Shown here: piece by piece, positions 55,761 to 64,000 of the stretch
Numbering within the stretch: position 1 is the stretch's first letter
How the letters are laid out: each line of letters starts with the position of its first letter
NCBI GenBank assembly: GCA_943362175.1
Contig: CALRIU020000004.1
Location: 120,321 to 184,320, forward strand
Direction: 5' to 3'
From: Hydrocarboniphaga daqingensis
GTDB lineage: Bacteria; Bacteroidota; Bacteroidia; B-17B0; Aurantibacillaceae
DNA: 64,000 nucleotides
Position numbers and translations under genes: made by a program
The notes under the pieces: model-generated
Databases searched by the model: none
The model's input: only the letters and a program-made list of their open reading frames with translations
Told to the model about the DNA's origin: nothing

Positions 55761-56876
55761 ATGTCGAACGATTTTAACGAGCAAACGGCTGAAACCGGCA
55801 ATTTTATTAAGTGTAAGGATTGCGGTGCCAATTTGAAATACCTTCCCGGAACTCCTTATCTGAACTGTGAATACTGTGGCGCCAAGAATGAGATCGAGCA
55901 GGAGGAAACGGAGATCATTGAAAATGATTTTGAAAGCTTTCTCAATGAAAAAGCCCACCTCGAGGACAAGCAGGAAATCGTGACGGTAAAATGCACCAAC
56001 TGTGCCGCTTCCACAACCCTGCAACCCAATGTGACGTCGAGCACCTGCCCGTATTGCGATACGCCGCTGGTGGTCACCAATGCCTCCACATCTTCTATCA
56101 TTAAACCATCCTACGTGTTGCCTTTTAAAGTGGATCGTAAGGATGCCACGCAAAAGTTTGTCGGCTGGGCAGGCAGCCTCTGGTTTGCACCCAATAAATT
56201 AAAAGTATACGCCCAGCAATCGGCCGAGAAGCTGAACGGCCTCTACATGCCTTACTGGACTTACGATACCAATACGGTGAGCGATTACACCGGCATGCGC
56301 GGCGACTATTATTATGTGAGCGAGAGTTATACCGATAGCGAAGGCCGGACGCAAACGCGCCAGGTGCAGCGCACACGCTGGTGGCCCGCAAGCGGCACGG
56401 TGCATAATGAGTTCGATGATGTGCTGATTGTTTCTTCCACGTCCTTACCCGAGAATCTCGCCAACGAGCTTGAGCCCTGGGACCTGCCGGAATTAGTGGC
56501 CTACAACGACCGTTACCTGAGCGGTTTTATTACCGAAAGTTACCAGGTGGATCTGAAAACAGGCTTCGAAAAAGCCAAGCAGCGCATTCAGCCCGTGATT
56601 CGCTCTACCGTGGAGCGCGACATTGGCGGCGATGTGCAGCAGGTGACGAGCATTCATTCGGAGTACAACGACATTACCTTTAAGCATATTTTACTGCCTG
56701 TGTGGCTCAGCTCTTATAAATACAAGGATAAAGTGTACCGCTTTCTCATCAACGCGCGAACCGGCGAGGTACAAGGCGAAAGGCCATACTCCGCGGCGAA
56801 GATCGCTTTACTGGTGGTCTCGATCCTGGTTGTGATCGGAACGATTATCTGGTTTGCGAGGAAAGATAAAGGCTGA
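55761..56876 (+). CDS. Double zinc-ribbon protein with C-terminal TM anchor (hypothetical)
   Basis: 371 aa with two CxxC-x14-CxxC units (CKDC...CEYC and CTNC...CPYC), a ~250-aa globular region and the terminal TM helix IALLVVSILVVIGTIIWF. Confidence 0.6.
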   Translation: MSNDFNEQTAETGNFIKCKDCGANLKYLPGTPYLNCEYCGAKNEIEQEETEIIENDFESFLNEKAHLEDKQEIVTVKCTNCAASTTLQPNVTSSTCPYCDTPLVVTNASTSSIIKPSYVLPFKVDRKDATQKFVGWAGSLWFAPNKLKVYAQQSAEKLNGLYMPYWTYDTNTVSDYTGMRGDYYYVSESYTDSEGRTQTRQVQRTRWWPASGTVHNEFDDVLIVSSTSLPENLANELEPWDLPELVAYNDRYLSGFITESYQVDLKTGFEKAKQRIQPVIRSTVERDIGGDVQQVTSIHSEYNDITFKHILLPVWLSSYKYKDKVYRFLINARTGEVQGERPYSAAKIALLVVSILVVIGTIIWFARKDKG

Positions 56877-58340
56877 TTATTCAGATGCCAGTTTTACAGC
56901 GTATTCCAGGACAGCATCGGCCTTACCAGAACCCGTTAGAGGAACGCTGATGTCCGGTGGTATTGATCCTAAATGCTTGTTATGATTCCGGTCGGAACAA
57001 TACGACTCGCAGAGGTTAAGGACAGAGCCGTCAGACAAGGTGTGTCCGGCATTCCCGGTTGAATATCCGGCAGACGCAGAGCCTACGACGGTCGTATTTG
57101 CTTTTCCCATAAAGGAAATCAGGGTCATTTCTCCACTGCTTGCTGTATTGGGGCCGGAGAGCACAATGATCTTCGGGTTCTGTTGACGGATATTATACGG
57201 ATGTTTTACCTTGCACAAAGCGGTGCCGTCGCAGCCACTGATTCCCTTCGAGTAATACCAGGGATGCTTTTCTTTCAGGCCAGGCATATAGAAATATCCC
57301 AGCGTATCATCCCCCAGGATAGGCCCCAGCCCGGCAATCATGGGATACATATTACCACCTGTATTTTCCCTCAGGTCCACGATCCATTTGGTGATCGTGT
57401 AGGATGAATCAAGGCTTTTGATCATCGCTTGTATCTTTGTGGCAAATGCCTCGCTTAGTTTTTTGCTGATCGTGGAAAATCCGGGAACGGAAATGTAGGC
57501 GATGGAATTGCCGAGGTAGTTACTTTCCGGTTGGCGTCCGTCCATGTTTTCGGATTTATGTTTGGTATTAAACTCCGGAGGATAAAAGCCGGAATGGTTG
57601 TCGCCTTTCTTATTCAGCTCACTGATCAGGTAGTTCACAGAAGGATAACAATCGCGCGTAGTTTTCGCGCTCCCCGCCAATGACAGCATATTTTCGTGAA
57701 CTTTTTCCCAGTTCACTGAGTCTTTCACAATGGAGTTTTTCTCCGCGATGGCAATAACTTCCCGGATAAATGCCGATGCTTTTTTTGACGGGGCTTCCCC
57801 TGAAGAAGAAATTTCTTCCAGCCTAAAGTCATCATACCATACATGGCCGGTTCCTTTCAGGAAGCCTCCGATCACTAATTTTTTAATCTCCGGGCCCACA
57901 ATAAGCGGAAGCGAGTACTTTGTCCAGTCGCTGGATTTTAAAGTTTGGATGTGCAGCGTCTGAAGACTGGCAAAGCCGGTATTTTTATTTCCCCCGTCCC
58001 ACAGCTGGCACCATAAGCCAATGTCATGCGATGTGTTTTTTGTTTTAACAAATACGGTCAGATTTATTTTTTTTGGTCTTTCTGTGGAAATGTACACTAC
58101 TTGCGAAAAGGGAGCGAAGGCGTCATTATCCGTGTTTTGCTCATTGCTCATGCAAAGCGAGTAGTTCCCGCTGTGTTTGGTTGTACTGTCGATGCGCCAG
58201 CTGAAATGCCCGGGCGTCCGTCCCGACCAGGAATCCGGAAGGGATGGGATTGTATCCCTTGTGACTTCGAAGCCGGGATTGGAAATCTGGGCTGTTAAGG
58301 AATAAGACAACATAAGCAGGAAAACGTAATGTTTTTTCAT
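56877..58340 (-). CDS. S41-family (tail-specific/C-terminal processing-like) peptidase, secreted
   Basis: The start is at MKKHYVFLLMLSYSLTAQ (complement of 58338-58340). Has LRENTGGNMYPMIAGL and GPNTASSGEM (Ser nucleophile region). Confidence 0.78.
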   Translation of the reverse strand: MKKHYVFLLMLSYSLTAQISNPGFEVTRDTIPSLPDSWSGRTPGHFSWRIDSTTKHSGNYSLCMSNEQNTDNDAFAPFSQVVYISTERPKKINLTVFVKTKNTSHDIGLWCQLWDGGNKNTGFASLQTLHIQTLKSSDWTKYSLPLIVGPEIKKLVIGGFLKGTGHVWYDDFRLEEISSSGEAPSKKASAFIREVIAIAEKNSIVKDSVNWEKVHENMLSLAGSAKTTRDCYPSVNYLISELNKKGDNHSGFYPPEFNTKHKSENMDGRQPESNYLGNSIAYISVPGFSTISKKLSEAFATKIQAMIKSLDSSYTITKWIVDLRENTGGNMYPMIAGLGPILGDDTLGYFYMPGLKEKHPWYYSKGISGCDGTALCKVKHPYNIRQQNPKIIVLSGPNTASSGEMTLISFMGKANTTVVGSASAGYSTGNAGHTLSDGSVLNLCESYCSDRNHNKHLGSIPPDISVPLTGSGKADAVLEYAVKLASE

Positions 58341-58397
58341 ATGACGGTATAATGCCCTGTATGTTGAAAGTGACAATGTCCGGAAAAGAGATAAGGG

Positions 58398-58697
58398 TTA
58401 GCGGTTTTGCTTTTTATGATCCCACCTTCTTTGTTTTTTTTGTGCTTGTTTATTGCGCTTCCTCTGTTGTTTTACGGCCTTTCCCTGTTGTTTCATCACT
58501 TTGGCATTTTCCTTGCCCTCTTTCTGGCTTTCCTTTTCTTTTTTGTCGAGGTAGGGATTAAAGGCCTCCCGGTTCTTGCGGCGCTTTTTGGATTTGTGCC
58601 ACATCTTCTGCCGTTCCTTGCTTTCCTTGAATTGAGCCTTTGCAGGAAGCGAACAGAGAAAGGTCATGATGAGTGCAAAACCGAGCTTTTTTATCAT
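58398..58697 (-). CDS. Small secreted, extremely basic Lys/Arg/Gln-rich protein
   Basis: 99 aa with the signal peptide MIKKLGFALIMTFLCSLPAKAQ. The remainder is low-complexity KKRRKNRE...KQQRKRNKQAQKKQRR. Confidence 0.5.
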   Translation of the reverse strand: MIKKLGFALIMTFLCSLPAKAQFKESKERQKMWHKSKKRRKNREAFNPYLDKKEKESQKEGKENAKVMKQQGKAVKQQRKRNKQAQKKQRRWDHKKQNR

Positions 58698-58779
58698 GTA
58701 ACAAATAACGCGTTTTAAATCAAAAAGATACGGCGATCCTGGTCGAAATTACTAACAGCTTTCCCTGTAAAATTAAGGT

Positions 58780-58810
58780 TTTGCAGAATGTATCAATTAT
58801 CTTAAATTTG
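58780..58810 (+). promoter_or_regulatory. Bacteroidota sigma-A type promoter for bioB
   Basis: TTTG (58780-58783), a 19-nt spacer, then TAAATTTG (58803-58810). This matches TTTG-N19-TAnnTTTG exactly, 41 nt upstream of ATG 58851. Confidence 0.6.
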
Positions 58811-58850
58811 TTAGAATACAAAAACGATTATAAGAACGACAAACTAATAT

Positions 58851-59828
58851 ATGGCTATTAAAGATTGGACAAAGCAGGAGATTTTGGATGTGTATAACAC
58901 TCCCTTAATGGAATTACTATACCGTGCGGCAGAGGTGCATAAGCAGCACCATAAAATAGGTGAGGTGCAGGTGAGTTCACTCTTATCGATCAAAACCGGC
59001 GGATGCCCTGAGGATTGCGCGTACTGCCCACAGGCGGCACGTTACCACACCGAAGTAAAAGTGCATAAGCTCATGAGTGTTCCTGAAGTAACGGCAGCAG
59101 CAGATAATGCCAAAGCCGGTGGTGCCAGCCGCATGTGCCTGGGCGCTGCCTGGCGCGAAGTGCGCGACAACCGCGATTTCGATACGGTACTCGACATGGT
59201 GAAAACCATCAACAGCAAAGGCATGGAGGTATGTGCCACGCTGGGCATGGTTACCGAAGACCAGGCCCGCAAGCTGGCGGATGCCGGCTTGTATGCTTAC
59301 AACCACAACATTGATACGAGCGAAGAAAATTACAACAATATCATTTCTACCCGTAACTACGACGACCGCTTAAATACCATCAACAACGTACGCAAAGCAG
59401 GTTTAACGGTTTGTTCCGGCGGCATCATCGGGATGGGAGAAAAAACAGAGGACCGCGTAGGCATGCTGCATACCTTAAGCATCCTGCGTCCTCAGCCGGA
59501 GTCGGTGCCTATCAATGCCCTGGTGGCGGTGGAAGGTACGCCGATGGAAGATCAGCCTCCTGTGCCTATCTGGGACATGGTGCGTATGATTGCCACCACG
59601 CGCATCGTGTTACCGAAAACAGCGGTGCGTTTATCCGCAGGCCGTTTGAGCATGAGCATGGAAGGACAGGCCCTGTGCTTTATGGCCGGAGCCAATTCCA
59701 TCTTTGCCGGCGAGAAATTGCTGACCACACCAAACCCGCTGTACAACCAGGATATGGAGATGTTTGACATCTTAGGCTTATCACCGAAAAAGGCTTTTGC
59801 CGATAAACCGAAGGAAGAGCTGGTTTAG
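58851..59828 (+). CDS. bioB: Biotin synthase (radical SAM)
   Basis: 325 aa with [10 protein letters not shown] (CxxxCxxC), [20 protein letters not shown] and [10 protein letters not shown]. Confidence 0.95.
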   Translation: MAIKDWTKQEILDVYNTPLMELLYRAAEVHKQHHKIGEVQVSSLLSIKTGGCPEDCAYCPQAARYHTEVKVHKLMSVPEVTAAADNAKAGGASRMCLGAAWREVRDNRDFDTVLDMVKTINSKGMEVCATLGMVTEDQARKLADAGLYAYNHNIDTSEENYNNIISTRNYDDRLNTINNVRKAGLTVCSGGIIGMGEKTEDRVGMLHTLSILRPQPESVPINALVAVEGTPMEDQPPVPIWDMVRMIATTRIVLPKTAVRLSAGRLSMSMEGQALCFMAGANSIFAGEKLLTTPNPLYNQDMEMFDILGLSPKKAFADKPKEELV

Positions 59829-59887
59829 TACTATTTAACACCGCTGTACATCTTTGTGCTTTAATTTTGTCGGACACATTTAAACCA

Positions 59888-60370
59888 ATGATTATGAAAT
59901 CTATTATTGCCTTTTGCCTGCTTTTTACTTTCACAACGGCCTTTGCACAATCCACGGAGATCTCCGCCAAATACGATAAGATCGGAAAATTCGACCGCAT
60001 GGGCTTTGCCACTGTCACCCAAAAAGGGCAGGTTGGCGTGATCAATAAGGACGGAAAAGAAATCATCAAGCCCGAGTACGATCATATTTCCGGTTTTGGA
60101 AAAGATGGCCTGGCCTTCACCCGTAAGAAAACGCTTGTCGGCATTATCGATAATACCGGCAAAGTGATTGTGGAAAACAAGTATGATTACATCAGCCATT
60201 TCAAAGGCAACCATGCGGTGGTAAGAAAAAACAACCTCTGCGGCGTGATCGACAGAGCCGGAAAAGTGGTTGTGGATATGAAGTATGAGAAGCTGGTGGT
60301 AGAAGGCAATGGGGTCATCAAGGCCATCAATCCTGATAAAACCGAAGTGCTCATTAAACCCAACAGCTGA
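59888..60370 (+). CDS. Secreted WG/KWG-repeat protein
   Basis: Signal peptide MIMKSIIAFCLLFTFTTAFAQ, then about 5 repeats of G..GVI(N/D)..GK.I(I/V)...YD.I..F..G.A.V. Its stop overlaps the bioF ATG (TGATG). Confidence 0.75.
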   Translation: MIMKSIIAFCLLFTFTTAFAQSTEISAKYDKIGKFDRMGFATVTQKGQVGVINKDGKEIIKPEYDHISGFGKDGLAFTRKKTLVGIIDNTGKVIVENKYDYISHFKGNHAVVRKNNLCGVIDRAGKVVVDMKYEKLVVEGNGVIKAINPDKTEVLIKPNS

Positions 60371-61488
60371 TGCCCGGCCAGGCATTTCCGAAGAACCTTG
60401 CTGCGCTGATGGCGCAACGCCGGGAGAAAGGCTTTCTGCGTGACCTGAAGCACAGCTTTCCTGCCGTCGATTTTTCCAGCAACGATTACCTGGGCTTTTC
60501 CTGCAAAGGCTTGCTGGCAGAACAACTTAAAACATTAGAGCCATCTTTACGGATTGGGTCTACAGGTTCCCGCCTCATCAGCGGGAATTCTGCTTTGTAT
60601 GAAGAGCTGGAGAGAGAGATAGCCTTGTTTCATCATGCGCCGGCAGCATTGCTTTATAATTCGGGCTATGATGCCAACCTCGGGCTCCTGTCTTCCGTTC
60701 CTCAAAAAAACGATCTCATCCTCAGTGATGAGCTCATTCATGCTTCTCTCATCGATGGCATCCGCCTGAGTTATGCCACCAACTATAAATTCAGGCACAA
60801 CGACCTGGAAGCTCTACACGAGCTGGTGATACGCCACCGGGATAAATACGAGCAGATCTACGTGGTGGTGGAAAGCGTGTACTCGATGGACGGAGATTCT
60901 GCGCCGCTCAGGGAAATGGCTGAGCTCTGCAAAAACTACCAGCTCTACCTGATTGTGGACGAGGCGCACGCCATCGGCATTTTCGGAAAGCAGGGGCGAG
61001 GCCTCTGTGAGGAGCTGCGTATCGAAAAGGACTGCTTTGCCCGGATCTATACCTATGGCAAAGCCATGGGCTGTCACGGAGCGGCCATTGCAGGCAGTGC
61101 GGAGCTGAAGCATTTCCTCATTAATTTTTCCCGATCGTTTATTTATACCACCGCCATGCCCGAGCACAGCCTCCTCGCCATTAAAGCAGCTTATCGCTTA
61201 TTGCTGACCAGTTCGGGGATTGGCGCCCTACATGCAAACATTGATTATTTCAATTCCCGGCTCTCAGGAATATCGGTCATCAAAAGTAATAGCGCCATTC
61301 ACTGCAAGCTCGTTGCCGGAAATCAGCAGGTGCAGACCCTGGAGAACGACTGTGCGCAAAATGGCTTATTTGTGAAAGCTATCAAGAGCCCGACAGTGAA
61401 AGAAGGGCAGGAGCGGGTGCGGGTTTGTTTGCATGCCTTTAATACCAAAGAAGAGATCGACCGCCTGGTGCAATTGGTTGGGAAATAG
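60370..61488 (+). CDS. bioF: 8-amino-7-oxononanoate synthase
   Basis: 372 aa with FSSNDYLG, DELIHASLIDG, ESVYSMDGD, VDEAHAIG and TYGKAMG (PLP Lys). Confidence 0.9.
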   Translation: MPGQAFPKNLAALMAQRREKGFLRDLKHSFPAVDFSSNDYLGFSCKGLLAEQLKTLEPSLRIGSTGSRLISGNSALYEELEREIALFHHAPAALLYNSGYDANLGLLSSVPQKNDLILSDELIHASLIDGIRLSYATNYKFRHNDLEALHELVIRHRDKYEQIYVVVESVYSMDGDSAPLREMAELCKNYQLYLIVDEAHAIGIFGKQGRGLCEELRIEKDCFARIYTYGKAMGCHGAAIAGSAELKHFLINFSRSFIYTTAMPEHSLLAIKAAYRLLLTSSGIGALHANIDYFNSRLSGISVIKSNSAIHCKLVAGNQQVQTLENDCAQNGLFVKAIKSPTVKEGQERVRVCLHAFNTKEEIDRLVQLVGK

Positions 61489-61579
61489 ACTTCGCTAAAG
61501 ACTTAATAGCTATCGGAATTGTGCAGGAGGCAGGCGAACCTGCAAGCTTAGGGACGAACTGACCGGAATTATTCTATCA

Positions 61580-61625
61580 CCCTGAGCCTGATCCAGGTTC
61601 ATGATAGACCGGATCAGGCTCAGGG
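61580..61625. repeat. 15-bp perfect inverted repeat hairpin between convergent bioF and the FGE-like gene (possible bidirectional terminator)
   Basis: CCCTGAGCCTGATCC (61580-61594), a 16-nt loop, then GGATCAGGCTCAGGG (61611-61625). There is no U-tract. Upstream at 61522-61544 is TGCAGG-AGGCAGGCGAA-CCTGCA, a degenerate conserved-loop hairpin. Confidence 0.55.
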
Positions 61626-61639
61626 TAAGACGGTATATT

Positions 61640-62413
61640 TTAACCTTTTCTTACTACGCACACACACCGGAAGCCGATCCAGGCAGTTGGCTTAGTGTAT
61701 CCGGCATCTTTTCCGGGCCGGCATTCTTCCACCATGTTCTTCCAGCCCCCACCTTTGCAGATCCCTTTTTCAGAAACCATTTCGGCCACATTGCCAAGCA
61801 TATTATATAGTTTCAACGAATTAGCCTTGTACGAGTAAACAGAAGTTACAACATCGGCGCCCTGAGCTTTCCGCTTTTGCCAGGCTGCTTCATCCATGGC
61901 ACAATTCAATTCGTAATCGCCCTCCCGGTTCTTGCCGTTGTTGAACAGCACATTGACAGAAGTTTCGGCTAAAGCTTCCCACTCTTTTTTGCTGGGCAGC
62001 CTGTATTCAAAATTCCGGTGTTTAAAATCCCTGCTGCCGCTGAGCTTTGTTTTTACCTGTTGCGTTCTCCAGGCGCAGTAAGCTACTGCCTGCTCGTAGC
62101 TGACACCAACAACCGGGAAATCCTTATATGCCGGATGCCTGTAGTAATAGTCCACATAAGGCTCGTTGTAGCTGAGCTTTTCGCGCCATACCAGTGTATC
62201 CGGCAGTGTGGCCAGGTGCTCTTTCGAGTTGGCACCGTATTGCGTTTTGATGGATTGCTCATATTCCTGCCAGGCAAAATTGCTGATCTCTGTTTTGTCG
62301 GCAAACAAGGAGTCGTTCACCTGTGCCGTTCCCGGTGGAACAAAGGTTTTGGTTTTTGAAAAGGACAGGCAAAGCGTGGCCAATGCCGTTACAGACAGGA
62401 GTAGAGTTTTCAT
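61640..62413 (-). CDS. Formylglycine-generating-enzyme (SUMF1/FGE-sulfatase) fold lipoprotein
   Basis: 257 aa with a signal/lipobox-like N-terminus. Has TEISNFAWQEY, PVVGVSYEQAVAYCAWR, GNVAEMV and GGGWKN...GFRCV. Confidence 0.8.
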   Translation of the reverse strand: MKTLLLSVTALATLCLSFSKTKTFVPPGTAQVNDSLFADKTEISNFAWQEYEQSIKTQYGANSKEHLATLPDTLVWREKLSYNEPYVDYYYRHPAYKDFPVVGVSYEQAVAYCAWRTQQVKTKLSGSRDFKHRNFEYRLPSKKEWEALAETSVNVLFNNGKNREGDYELNCAMDEAAWQKRKAQGADVVTSVYSYKANSLKLYNMLGNVAEMVSEKGICKGGGWKNMVEECRPGKDAGYTKPTAWIGFRCVCVVRKG

Positions 62414-62442
62414 AAGTGTAGGTTTGTTTAGGTTCAGTAAGC

Positions 62443-64000
62443 TTAAATTCCCAGCGCCATTCTCAGGCTGTTGGCATCCTCGTACGAATCCAGCTCCTTT
62501 ACCGGGAGTTTGTTCTGCTTATTCGCCACACAGCGCTCAAAGGTTTCCTTATCACACACATAAGCCCTGTCTTTGGCAATTACACACAGGGAGTACCTTT
62601 CTTCCGGGTTATAAGAGATGCTGCCATTGTTGTATGAGATGATCAGGTTTTTATCCATCGATACGAGGTAAACGATATTGGGTTGCAGGAACGATTTGCC
62701 ATTGTCTGCCAGGAATATCGGATTGATGCTGCCGCCTTGCGGTAAGGCATGCGGGCAATCGGAGTTGCAGATGCCAAAGCTGCTTACCTGGAATATGCGG
62801 ATCACTTTTTGTGCGCTGTTCATCGTTGCCGTTTGCTGGTTGAGCTGTTTCGCAGCTTCTGATCGCGCGCGAATCTGTTCCTGGGTGATCTCCGTCAACA
62901 GGCGTTTTTGCTCGGCCACATAGGCAGCCTGTTTTGCTTCAAACTCTTCTTTTAGTTTTTTCTCGTTGGCCTCGCGTTTGGCTAAACCGGCTTTGTAGTC
63001 TTCAAATTTACTTTCGTAAGTTTTCAGAGCGGCATCGTAATTAGCACCCGTAAGGGCTGGGTACACTATCAGCTTTTCCACTTTGTTGATGTGGGTCAGG
63101 ATCAGCAGGTAGTTTTTTCCTTTCTGAGGGCCTTCGGCAATCTCGGCGCTGGTCCAGGTAATCTTGGAGAATTCTGAGGTGTAATTTTTGTTTTCCGTTC
63201 CTATTTCAAACACGGCATTCTTAAAGGCTTCCAGCTCGGGGAACTCCTTGTAGTTTACATCCAGCTGGAACTGAGGCCGGCCGGTAGTGGCTTTCATCGG
63301 TTTGGAAGGCAGGATCGCTTTTGGCAGCTGGCTTATTTTTTTCTCATAAGCAAGCTTCTCACTTTCTATTTTTGGAGGAATCGCATCTATCTGCTTCTGA
63401 AGCTCAATCGTTTTTGGGGTTTCAATGTTGGCGGGAGCTGCAGCATCATGTTCCTGTTGCGGGCCTGTGTGTTTTGACTGATGATTTACCAGGGAATTGT
63501 CGCGGCCCGTATATACCCAGTTTCGGGCAAGGGTATCGAGCACGTACATATTGTACCGGTCATCCGGATACCTGGAAGCGAACTCAACGGTAATGGTTTT
63601 ATTCGGTTTGATGAATACCGGCTCATTGTCCTGGTAGCCGCGGATGTCGAGCATGCCGGCGCTTTCGAGCTGCGATTTCACGCCGGCGCTGTCGTAGCCC
63701 ATCGGGATTCCGGCGGCAATGATATCGGCCTGGTCGTGGAATTCGCGGTAGCGGATCTCCACGTCACCCACGATGTCTTCGCCCTGCTTATTGACAAAGG
63801 CTTTTTTGGGGATGATGATCTTTGAATTGCTTTTGTGTTTGATCGTTCCGCCGTGTTCGGCTTTTACCTTATAGGAGGTATAAGGCACGTTGAGTTTGGA
63901 GATGGGAGGTGCGACAAATGCCTTGGAAGGCTTGGTATTAGAGGTGCTTGTAGTGCTTTGGTTTTTAGTAATTATTTTATCATTGGCAATTTCTTTAGGG
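62443..64000 (-). CDS. Hypothetical protein with central coiled coil; N-terminus lies beyond the window
   Basis: The ORF-track start at 63888 is a GTG. The same frame stays open upstream to position 64000 (...PKEIANDKIITKNQSTTSTSNTKPSKAFVAPPISKLNVPYTSYKV...), so the gene probably starts outside the window. It lies 29 nt upstream of the FGE-like gene. Confidence 0.6.
   Translation of the reverse strand, partial: PKEIANDKIITKNQSTTSTSNTKPSKAFVAPPISKLNVPYTSYKVKAEHGGTIKHKSNSKIIIPKKAFVNKQGEDIVGDVEIRYREFHDQADIIAAGIPMGYDSAGVKSQLESAGMLDIRGYQDNEPVFIKPNKTITVEFASRYPDDRYNMYVLDTLARNWVYTGRDNSLVNHQSKHTGPQQEHDAAAPANIETPKTIELQKQIDAIPPKIESEKLAYEKKISQLPKAILPSKPMKATTGRPQFQLDVNYKEFPELEAFKNAVFEIGTENKNYTSEFSKITWTSAEIAEGPQKGKNYLLILTHINKVEKLIVYPALTGANYDAALKTYESKFEDYKAGLAKREANEKKLKEEFEAKQAAYVAEQKRLLTEITQEQIRARSEAAKQLNQQTATMNSAQKVIRIFQVSSFGICNSDCPHALPQGGSINPIFLADNGKSFLQPNIVYLVSMDKNLIISYNNGSISYNPEERYSLCVIAKDRAYVCDKETFERCVANKQNKLPVKELDSYEDANSLRMALGI

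Noticed and set aside
1-64000. Scan of all intergenic gaps for tRNA/rRNA genes, riboswitch-like leaders, integrases or phage genes, toxin-antitoxin pairs and known defence genes
   Set aside because: No T-loop (GTTCGAATC-like) or cloverleaf candidates and no rRNA-like stretches were seen. No recombinase, phage or defence-type protein motifs appear in any ORF. By-eye scanning cannot exclude small ncRNAs.

Overview
This 64-kb chromosomal segment reads as a Bacteroidota genome, probably Sphingobacteriia- or Chitinophagia-like. The evidence is several T9SS-type C-terminal sorting domains, a complete Bat (aerotolerance) operon, a split transketolase, a fused E1 alpha/beta dehydrogenase and TTG-N19-TAnnTTTG promoters. 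I count about 55 credible protein genes, densely packed. Most are housekeeping: nadC, rlmH, ychF, parE/parC, waaA, fmt, HU, pntAB, rocD and bioB/bioF. Interleaved are envelope or secreted functions: two divergent GH16-fold genes, a reprolysin-like T9SS protease, an S41 peptidase and a propeller-repeat T9SS protein. There is also a czcCBA-type RND efflux operon with a neighbouring two-component system, and the 8-gene moxR-DUF58-x-batABCDE cluster. I found no rRNA, tRNA, CRISPR array, integrase, prophage or recognisable defence island, and no clearly novel multi-protein system. The unusual content is mostly non-coding. (i) An IS200-like Y1 transposase with RAYT architecture sits between parE and parC, directly preceded by GTAG-containing REP-like hairpins. 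A second cluster of the same hairpins lies about 4.5 kb away, partly bounded by a 21-bp perfect inverted repeat. (ii) A second dispersed hairpin family has a variable stem and a conserved 14-nt loop, TGAGCGGAG(Y)CGAA. It is amplified at one locus into head-to-tail arrays (5 x 63 bp, then 2.5 x 55 bp in the opposite orientation). (iii) A four-helix-bundle (23S-IVS/Avd-like) gene cassette is bracketed by AACCTGAAAC-type motifs. Smaller oddities include a GH16 paralogue lacking the catalytic ExDxxE motif, an ORF-track-missed 38-aa Cys-rich membrane peptide, a VWA gene splitting the transketolase halves, a Lys/Cys-rich KSCCK mini-protein and a WG-repeat gene coupled into the biotin operon. Everything is from reading the sequence and the supplied translations. 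No searches, folding or composition calculations were run, so family assignments rest on motif recognition.
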